A stretch of 64,000 nucleotides of DNA from Octopus bimaculoides (taxonomy: Eukaryota). The position numbers and the translations under genes were made by a program. Positions within the stretch are counted from its first letter, which is position 1, and each line of letters opens with the position of its first letter. Below, in pieces: positions 54,711 to 64,000 of the stretch. The notes under the pieces were generated by a model. The model was not told the DNA's origin. It searched no databases and saw only the letters and a program-made list of their open reading frames with translations. The DNA lies in assembly GCF_001194135.2 (NCBI RefSeq), contig NC_068988.1:43694151-43758150 (forward strand), in the 5' to 3' direction.

Positions 54711-55588
54711 ATTACGTGGAAAAATGCGAGTAAGAGAAATAATATTCTTAAGATTATAAACCTAGAAAAGTACAGGGCAAATTATTACACTTGGAAAAGT
54801 TCAGGACAACTTATTACATCTGGTAAAGTAGAGAACAAAAAAAAATTTTCTTAAAATATTGCAGCTAAGGATAAAATTTCAAATAAAATATTTAGATTTA
54901 GAAAATATTAGCTTTTACTAAAACTAAAAGTTGCATCACAAGTTATTACTTCTATTTGTTATTACTTGTTACATCTATCAAAAATAAAAGATAACTCAAA
55001 ATGTGTTTGCACTTTAAAAAACTATTTTAAAAAATTATTAATTAATAATTATTAATTAATAATTAGAAATTTTAAAAATTATTAATTAACTATTAGAAAA
55101 TAGGTTATAAAAATAATAGTAGTACATAATTAGTTAGTACAAAAATTAGTTATATATTATAGTAAAATCTACCTATAACAGCAAACCCACAGTAAAAAGC
55201 TATTGCCAAGTCTTGACTCAATGCCTGTTTTACATAATGAACTTGCCTACCATATATACTATTCTACTTTGCATAAAACTTTTGCTATATTCGTATTTGC
55301 TCTCATTTTTTAAGTATATCAATTTTTAAGTGTATCAATATTTTAACAAAATGACGGTACCTTTTTTTTAAATTTTAATGTTGCTTTGTAAATTAAAATC
55401 AAAGGATTTTTAAAAATTTAAATTCTATCCTTAGCTGCAATATTTTAAGTGAAAATTTTCTTCTTCTGTACTTTACCTGATGTAATAAGTTGTCCTGAAT
55501 TTTTCCAAGTGTAATAACTTGTTCTGTACATTTCCAAGTTTACAATCTTAAGAATATTATTTCTCTTGCTCGCATTTTTCCAAGTAAT
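54711..55588. mobile_element. Foldback/MULE-like non-autonomous element with ~173-bp TIRs
   Basis: 54711-54883 and 55416-55588 are inverted copies (ATTAC.TGGAAAAATGCGAG...GCAGCTAAGGATA) containing ~29-bp subrepeats. Confidence 0.75.
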
Positions 55589-55656
55589 CCATGTTTTTTC
55601 CAGGCTACGCTATATGTCAATTAATAATTTAAGATTTTATCTTATTGAAAATTATT

Positions 55657-56023
55657 TCAATGATGCTGGTGACATATATTAAAAGTCCCCTTGTAGAACT
55701 GTATTCATAAAAAAGCATAGAACTATATTATCACCCTTCAAATTTGAGAATCAAACACTCATAACATTTTCTTTTAAAACTCCTTTCTTGTCTCAGATAT
55801 TGCGGGACTGTGTTTACATGATATAATTGCATTAACTAATACAGATGACGTAATTAGACTAATTGCAAATTAGCGGTGTCGTTGATAATGTTTTCCTTAC
55901 CTCAATGATGCCGGTGACATATATTAAAAGTCCCCTTATAGAACTATATTCATAAAAAAGTATACAACTATATTATCACCCTCAAAATTGAGAAACAAAC
56001 ATTCATATTTTTTTCTTTTAAAA
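55657..56023 (+). repeat. ~123-bp direct repeat (55657-55779 and 55902-56023)
   Basis: TCAATGATGC.GGTGACATATATTAAAAGTCCCCTT...CTTTTAAAA occurs twice, offset 245 bp. Confidence 0.9.
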
Positions 56024-57384
56024 TTTCATTGCATGAGAGTAATACCACAAAATTCCTCGAATTGAGCTCTATCATTTAAGCTTAATTAAAACATAGTTTG
56101 TTTTTAAAACGAAAAAGTTAATTATACTTAAATCCAATTTTTTGCCTTACTTATATACTTTTCATGATATTTTACCTCACAAATTTTTTGATACAAATTT
56201 TTGTTGCATGGCACCAAAACTATATAATTCCTCATGCTTTCTTCTATCATTGAAGCTAAGATAAATATATTTTGCTTTTAAAATAATAAAAAAAAATTTT
56301 TAGATCTAAACTTGATTAGAGGTGTTTCTTACTCTCGTATAACGTTGCTACAAATTTTGACGTAAACTTTTTTCTACTGGACCAAATCTCAATTTTGTTA
56401 TGCCAAAATGTAGCTAGGGACCAATCCTCTTCAAAACTGTTAACAGTTTTTAATTTGGTTAAGAAATGAATTAGCGACAAAGCTCTTAATCTGCGGCGTG
56501 TGAGTAAATTGCGGCCTTAAGAATATTATTCAACTGNNNNNNNNNNNNNNNNNNNNNNNNNNNNNNNNNNNNNNNNNNNNNNNNNNNNNNNNNNNNNNNN
56601 NNNNNNNNNNNNNNNNNNNNNNNNNNNNNNNNNNNNNNNNNNNNNNNNNNNNNNNNNNNNNNNNNNNNNNNNNNNNNNNNNNNNNNNNNNNNNNNNNNNN
56701 NNNNNNNNNNNNNNNNNNNNNNNNNNNNNNNNNNNNNNNNNNNNNNNNNNNNNNNNNNNNNNNNNNNNNNNNNNNNNNNNNNNNNNNNNNNNNNNNNNNN
56801 NNNNNNNNNNNNNNNNNNNNNNNNNNNNNNNNNNNNNNNNNNNNNNNNNNNNNNNNNNNNNNNNNNNNNNNNNNNNNNNNNNNNNNNNNNNNNNNNNNNN
56901 NNNNNNNNNNNNNNNNNNNNNNNNNNNNNNNNNNNNNNNNNNNNNNNNNNNNNNNNNNNNNNNNNNNNNNNNNNNNNNNNNNNNNNNNNNNNNNNNNNNN
57001 NNNNNNNNNNNNNNNNNNNNNNNNNNNNNNNNNNNNNNNNNNNNNNNNNNNNNNNNNNNNNNNNNNNNNNNNNNNNNNNNNNNNNNNNNNNNNNNNNNNN
57101 NNNNNNNNNNNNNNNNNNNNNNNNNNNNNNNNNNNNNNNNNNNNNNNNNNNNNNNNNNNNNNNNNNNNNNNNNNNNNNNNNNNNNNNNNNNNNNNNNNNN
57201 NNNNNNNNNNNNNNNNNNNNNNNNNNNNNNNNNNNNNNNNNNNNNNNNNNNNNNNNNNNNNNNNNNNNNNNNNNNNNNNNNNNNNNNNNNNNNNNNNNNN
57301 NNNNNNNNNNNNNNNNNNNNNNNNNNNNNNNNNNNNNNNNNNNNNNNNNNNNNNNNNNNNNNNNNNNNNNNNNNNNNNNNNNNN

Positions 57385-57417
<33 letters not shown>

Positions 57418-57981
57418 ATACATATATATATATATATGCAAACAAATACATATATACATACATTCTTCCATACATATGTGGTGTTCAAAATAAAACTTTT
57501 TTTTATTTTGAAACCTGCTTATTTTTATTTTCCTTCAACCAAACAGAACGTTCTCTCTTCGTGCAGAAACCCGCTTATAAATTCTCTTAGCACTTCTTTT
57601 CATTTCTACCAATTAAATTTAGCATTTCCAAAATGTCTTACAAATTACAACCACCAAAATTGTATGCTCTGGTTTCTAAATACCAGGTTGGATATAATTT
57701 GCATATATCGGTGCAAATTAAAGACAACATTAAACATTAGATTTGGAAATGGGATAGGAATGGCTTGCACTCATATCAATGTCACGATTTTGCATAAGAC
57801 CTGGTTAAGGAAAGAGCGTAACGGCTTGCACAATATTTCTGTTGATTATTTAGTTGAAATTTTTCTTTCTTTCTTAATTTTTTCTTTTACATGAAGAGCA
57901 TTTATACATTGATTTAATACAGTTGAAAAGTCTGCGATTATAAATCAGTGTGTTTGAACTTCTTCTTTTTTTCAAGATTAC

Positions 57982-58052
<71 letters not shown>

Positions 58053-58055
<3 letters not shown>

Positions 58056-58290
58056 TAGTTTTATTTTTATAGCATGCTCTCACTTCACTACTGAGCGCAG
58101 CTCTGTGTGCCTTGGGTATGTGCTGTGGTTTGCTGTGATGCTCTTATGGTTACTGTATTGAAAGAGTTTTGCGTAGGATGTGTGCAGTGCCCAGTAGTGC
58201 AATTTTCTGTATGTTATATATACTTGGAAGTCCTGGTGTTTTTGTTATGTATTTGTCTGAATATTTTTTTATCATACTTAATGCGCCTAT
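58053..58290 (-). mobile_element. Dong-like LINE 3' end inside (TAA)n
   Basis: Intact frame IGALSMIKKYSDKYITKTPGLPSIYNIQKIALLGTAHILRKTLSIQ* plus ~95-bp UTR; (TAA)n directly on both sides (57982-58052 and 58290-58314). Confidence 0.92.
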
Positions 58291-58314
58291 TATTATTATT
58301 ATTATTATTATTAT

Positions 58315-58530
58315 GGCGGTGAGCTGGCGGAATCGTTAGCACGCCTGTCGAAATGCTCAGCAGTATTTCGTCTGCCACTACGTTCTGAATTCAGATTCCG
58401 CCGAAGTCAACTTTGCCTTTCATCCTTTCGGGGTCGATAAATTAAGTGTCTGTAAAACACTGGGGTCGATGTAATCGACTTATCCCCTCCCTCAAAATGG
58501 TTGCCCTTGTGACAAAATTGGAAACCATTA
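58315..58530 (+). mobile_element. SINE family B, young, flanked by (TTA)n on both sides
   Basis: GGCGGTGAGCTGGCGGAATCGTTAG...GGAAACC(ATT)n. Confidence 0.9.
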
Positions 58531-58560
58531 TTATTATTATCATCATCATCATCATCATCA

Positions 58561-58639
<79 letters not shown>

Positions 58640-59150
58640 CGCGTGAGAGAGCAGCGCATGCCATCAAAGTGACACTGGGGTACAAGCATACGAAGCCCAA
58701 TATACCCATCATGACTACCCCTCTGATAAGGGTACACCAGGCACATGCATCACAACCATATGTACGCGACATGGTGATCTCATATCAAGATAAACAGCAC
58801 ATGGCCTAACAGGTGGGGGCATATAAGAATTTTCTTCTGGTCGAGTCGCCCATCCCACTCAAAAAGTCTCTGAATAAGGATTGTGTAAGGATGATAAATG
58901 AAACACCCATGTTTCTAGAGATGAATTTTTCAGACCCCAAAGAATTCCTTTCAACACATGGCTATGATGCTCCCCCACCACTTCTGCTCATGATCAGAGA
59001 TGCTCATATCGGCAGTCACAAAGGGATATGCTCAACTGGATAAGGTCAAGCAACTGACAAGCAAATCTGTGATATTAAGTAGAATATTTGTTGTAGCCCA
59101 TCTTTTACACTAAGACAAAAGATGTAACAGATTAACGGAAACAGTAAACA
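58640..59150. mobile_element. Unclassified ~500-bp GC-richer element abutting a long (TTA)n array
   Basis: Sharp compositional boundary at the array; recalled as a common octopus repeat, but there is only one copy here. Confidence 0.4.
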
Positions 59151-59385
59151 GGTAGACAAACTACACTGTGCTATAATTAACTATGCACCTCCTTCCATCC
59201 ATACACTTACTCGAACCTAAACCGTGATCAATTTCGCTTTTAATCCATCTGAGTGATTACACAAGTATCATTGAAGAAAGGAAAAGAAAAAACATTAATC
59301 TTGATACAATCGCCCAAATCCTTCCCAAAACTATCGTGGTACTTCGCCCTACGTTCGAAGTAATTCTGATTACTATTATTATTTG

Positions 59386-59945
59386 GCCGAGGTCGACTTT
59401 GCCTGTCATCCTTTCAGGGTCGGTAAATTAAGTACCAGTGAAACACTGGGGTCGATGGAACCGACTAGTTCCCTCCTACTCCCAGCCACCACCACCACCA
59501 CTACCACCAAATTTTAGGTCTTGTGCCCATAGTAGAATCGTTAGCACGCCGGGTAAAATGCTTAGTGGCATTTCATCTGTCTTCGTGTTCTGAGTTCAAA
59601 TTCCACCGAGGTCAACCTTGCCTTTTATCCATTCGGGATCGATAAAATAGGTAACAGTCGAGCACTGGGGTTGATGTAATCGACTAGCCTCTACCACAAA
59701 ATTTCCGGTACTGTCCTATACTGAAAAGGTGCCAAGCTGTCAGAGTCGTTAGCACGCCGGACGAATTGTTCATCGACATTTAGTCTTTAAGTTTTGGGTT
59801 CAAATTCCGTCGAGGTCGACTTTACTTTTCATCCTTTCGGGATCGATGAGATAAGTACATGGGATCACTGTAATAGACTATCTTACTCCCCTAACAAATT
59901 TCAGGCATTGTGTTCTATAACAGAAAGGACTGTTATTATTATTAT
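59386..59945 (+). mobile_element. Three tandem SINE B copies
   Basis: Central motif repeated near 59390, 59610 and 59810. Confidence 0.88.
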
Positions 59946-59994
59946 TATCATGTGGTATGAGGCCTTGTGCCCAGAGTAGAAATAATTATTATTA

Positions 59995-60200
59995 TGAGGT
60001 TGGTGAAAGGAAGAGATAGCAGAGCCAGCAGATAGAAAACCAAAACTAGTGAGTGAGAGACGTGGTGAATGGAAGAATATGGAGAAGGAAAGGCCAGCAG
60101 ACGGAAGCGATGATAGAAGAAGAAGAGCCAATGAAAGTTGAATGATGGAATAACCCTGGATAGAGACAACGGATGGAAGCGCCAGCGAAACATCGTAAAA
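59995..60200 (+). mobile_element. Possible RTE-clade LINE 3' remnant
   Basis: Broken translation GRPADGSDD...ITLDRDNGWKRQ, resembling RTE GRP..W.D...AQDR..WR. Confidence 0.35.
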
Positions 60201-60522
60201 AATATCTCACTATACTTAGTGACGCTACATCTGCCGAGTAAATGCCGCTGCGGTCAACGTCGTTTTTTACACACTTACATTCCTCGCAACCCAAACAAAT
60301 TATATCGACTTTCCAAAACTTGTTGCCGTTGTTGGTTTCTTAGCAACTGATCGGTCTTGATTAAACAGATGAACGTTCAAGTCAAGTCCATCTCGTTTTT
60401 TTTTCTTTCTTCTTCAAACATAGTATATCTAGGATTACAATTTTCCGCATGACAGTGTAGTCTTAAGCCATTCCCGATCGTGAATGCAACACCCTAATCA
60501 GTAGGCCACACGCCTTCACACA

Positions 60523-60621
<99 letters not shown>

Positions 60622-60632
60622 AAATATACTTT

Positions 60633-60805
60633 CTTTTATTCTTTAACTTGTTTCAGTCATTTGACTGCGGCCATGCTGGAGTACCACTTTTATTTGATTA
60701 AATCGACCCCAGAACTTATTCTTTGTAAGCCTAGTACTTATTCTATCGGTCTATTTTGCTGAACCGCTAAGTTACGGAGGCATAATCACACTAACATCGG
60801 TTGTG
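60633..60805 (-). mobile_element. SINE family A 3' part (remainder in N-gap)
   Basis: Colinear with 552-715. Confidence 0.88.
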
Positions 60806-61689
60806 NNNNNNNNNNNNNNNNNNNNNNNNNNNNNNNNNNNNNNNNNNNNNNNNNNNNNNNNNNNNNNNNNNNNNNNNNNNNNNNNNNNNNNNNNNNNNNN
60901 NNNNNNNNNNNNNNNNNNNNNNNNNNNNNNNNNNNNNNNNNNNNNNNNNNNNNNNNNNNNNNNNNNNNNNNNNNNNNNNNNNNNNNNNNNNNNNNNNNNN
61001 NNNNNNNNNNNNNNNNNNNNNNNNNNNNNNNNNNNNNNNNNNNNNNNNNNNNNNNNNNNNNNNNNNNNNNNNNNNNNNNNNNNNNNNNNNNNNNNNNNNN
61101 NNNNNNNNNNNNNNNNNNNNNNNNNNNNNNNNNNNNNNNNNNNNNNNNNNNNNNNNNNNNNNNNNNNNNNNNNNNNNNNNNNNNNNNNNNNNNNNNNNNN
61201 NNNNNNNNNNNNNNNNNNNNNNNNNNNNNNNNNNNNNNNNNNNNNNNNNNNNNNNNNNNNNNNNNNNNNNNNNNNNNNNNNNNNNNNNNNNNNNNNNNNN
61301 NNNNNNNNNNNNNNNNNNNNNNNNNNNNNNNNNNNNNNNNNNNNNNGAGAGGTGACATTTCATAATACTGCTATTTTCTACGAGTGTTTATGTACTATAA
61401 ACAGTCTTAACTTTTAAGAGATCCTTAATTACCCGAAGACATCTAAATATTATTACAGCTGAAGCGTAGGCAGCTTGTGAATGATATTGTGTATATTATT
61501 TTGTTTTACTCCTCTACTTATGAGTTCAATTCTTGCCAGGATCGATGGGAAAAAAATACACATTTCTCTATCTCCCACTCAATTTCCTGACCACGAACCT
61601 AAGTTAGAAATCAATATTAGAAAACCGCCGGAATAAATGGCTGCAATATAAAAATGGCTTCAACATTTATCAACACAAAGCAAAGACAG

Positions 61690-61860
61690 AAAGAATCGGT
61701 AGAACATCGGTTAAAACACTAGTTCGAATTATGCCGAAGTCGACATCGTCTTTTAATTTTTCGGGGTCGATAAGATAAATACTGATCAATTACTAGCGTT
61801 AATATATTGGAATATACTCTCCCTCAAAATGTGTGCCCTTAAGTCTAAATTACTATTATT
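61690..61860 (+). mobile_element. SINE family B, diverged
   Basis: GCCGAAGTCGACATCGTCTTTTAATTTTTCGGGGTCGATAAG. Confidence 0.65.
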
Positions 61861-62269
61861 TCAATTAAATATGTTTCTATTATAGCGACTCAACGAAAAA
61901 ATCTTTTTAGCTCAAGTGCAAAAGAGCAGCTCTTAAAATTCTAAAATGTTATCGATTGCAATCTACAGGTATTTTAAAATGCACATTTATTCTTTATATA
62001 TTTTAAACTTTCATGAGTAACTAGAACATCTGATCGTAATCCAAACTGTGGTTTCCGCCCTAGTAGAGAAGAATTTGTAAACTGGTACTCTAGAATAGGG
62101 CTTCACAACCATAGATATGAGGCTTGGTCTCTAATATCGTTTTTCTTTAAATGAATATGACAGAACCTTGTGATTTTCTTACCTGTTCTGTTTCTGGTTA
62201 TACATATGTAAAATCAAGCTATTGATATATTTTAAACATACTGATATCTAGTAAGACTGGTGATGATTC

Positions 62270-62605
62270 GACTGTCTGGTGCAGTGGGTATGACCATGGG
62301 ATTGCACCTAGAAAGTTTCTCTCGGATGCTCCAGTCCGGGCAAAGTTGTTTATAGAAGACCAGTAGTCGCCCATGCATACTAGCGTCCCCTCTCCACGCC
62401 ACAAATGTTATCCAAGGAAAAGGCAAAGGCCAATACAGCTTGGCATCAGTGACGTCGCAGCTCATATCCCCAGATGAATGAACTGGAAGAACGTGAAATA
62501 AAGTATATTGCTTAAGAACACAACACACGGCCCGATCCGGGAATCGAACTCACTGCCTCATGATTGTGAGCCCAACGCTCTAACCACTGAGCCAGGCACC
62601 TTCAC
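62270..62605 (-). mobile_element. tRNA-derived SINE with V/CORE-like head and a distinct, possibly RTE-related, body
   Basis: Minus strand: GTGAAGGTGCCTGGCTCAGTGGTTAGAGCG...GAGTTCGATTCCC, GTGTTCTTAAGCAATATACTT, then a body unlike 1294 or 16643. Confidence 0.8.
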
Positions 62606-62754
62606 ATGTGCAAACATAAGGTTGCAGAAAATGCTATATTAGTATGCAGATTGGGTCTGCATCTATATGTCACAGCACTGATGTGCTTGTGTACACAAAA
62701 TAGTCTGTTAGTGTATAGACAGCATGATTACTGTGTCTGTATATAGAACAGTCG

Positions 62755-62789
<35 letters not shown>

Positions 62790-64000
62790 GGAGAGAGAGA
62801 GAGAGAGAGATAGAGAGAGAGAGAGTGCATATGCGTCTACTTGTATTTGTATTTGGTGCAAGAGGGAGAGAGAGAGAGACCGTGGTGTTTTTGTATTTGA
62901 GTTCGACACTCTTTTTATACTTACTTAGCATTTACTACTCGTCGTCTCAAACAAACACAAATTGGTCATAATAGTGTGTGTGTGTNNNNNNNNNNNNNNN
63001 NNNNNNNNNNNNNNNNNNNNNNNNNNNNNNNNNNNNNNNNNNNNNNNNNNNNNNNNNNNNNNNNNNNNNNNNNNNNNNNNNNNNNNNNNNNNNNNNNNNN
63101 NNNNNNNNNNNNNNNNNNNNNNNNNNNNNNNNNNNNNNNNNNNNNNNNNNNNNNNNNNNNNNNNNNNNNNNNNNNGGGGGGGGGGGGTAATGTATGGAGT
63201 GTGTATAGCCCGTTGTGTGCATGTGTGTGTGAGTGCGCGTGTATGACACGCACATCTACACGTATCTACGCACACACACGGAGTACAAACCTGACTTTAC
63301 ACTAATTACAGACGAATGAAAAAAAAAAAGAATGTATCGCGAGCAATTAGATTCAGCGGTTTTCTCAATGACTAAATGTTATATTGAGGTCAGCAGGTCA
63401 TTCATTAACTACCCTGGACACCACCTTAAGTGATAGTAGTTGAGTTTAGAACCTTGAAGCTTAATTGTTCTAGTTTAGTAGCCTTGAGGTCAATAGTTAT
63501 TAGTATACGACTAACATAAGAAAGAAAATGTTGCGCAGTTATGCCTGACTAATAGTAGTTGCCATCCATTCAACCTATATTATTTTCTACTTCTTAATAG
63601 TAACATTCCTTGCTTAGATATATATTCCAGTCAAGGCTATTACTTGCATTGACCCGAAACTTTTTTCGTGCGCAAAAACGAACTTGTTAATTTAAAGGAG
63701 CAGTTTATAGCCTTCATTCAGTATGACTATCTTTTTAAAAGCTTGTTTTGATTATTTTGTCAGATATCTAATCACATTCTTTGAATTTTTTTCTATTATT
63801 AACTCTTTCAACTCAACAGGTACCGCCTGAAGAAAACTATAATTTCCTCTATATTGATGATAAGCTTAATCGGTCGGCCAGTTTAAACAACCACCTGGTC
63901 GGTCCTTAGACGTCCTTAGTAGGGTGCAGTGTGTTTTGATCGGTCAGTTAAAAGTACCCACCTAACCCGCGAATATCTTTAACAGAGTCCACTGTGTTTC

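Overview
AT-rich, non-coding animal genomic DNA from a gapped short-read assembly; most N-gaps are flanked by microsatellites. The SINE families look, from memory, like those of Octopus (inference, no database search). I recognise no host protein-coding gene, rRNA, true tRNA gene or CRISPR array. Nearly all listed ORFs are microsatellite or N-gap artefacts. The window is a mosaic of several tRNA-headed SINE families (labelled A, B, D and V/CORE-like here), decayed non-LTR retrotransposons (many R4/Dong-clade pieces; RTE- and CR1-like pieces), DNA-transposon derivatives (hAT, piggyBac-like, mariner, foldback-like) and microsatellites. Two observations stand out. (1) One R4/Dong-clade lineage has four copies whose recognisable junctions abut (CATA)n arrays, two of them head-to-tail, while other Dong-like fragments sit in the classical (TAA)n target; this suggests a (CATA)n-targeting retrotransposon. 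(2) There is a near-intact minimal type I hammerhead ribozyme with a palindromic stem III at 30005-30053.
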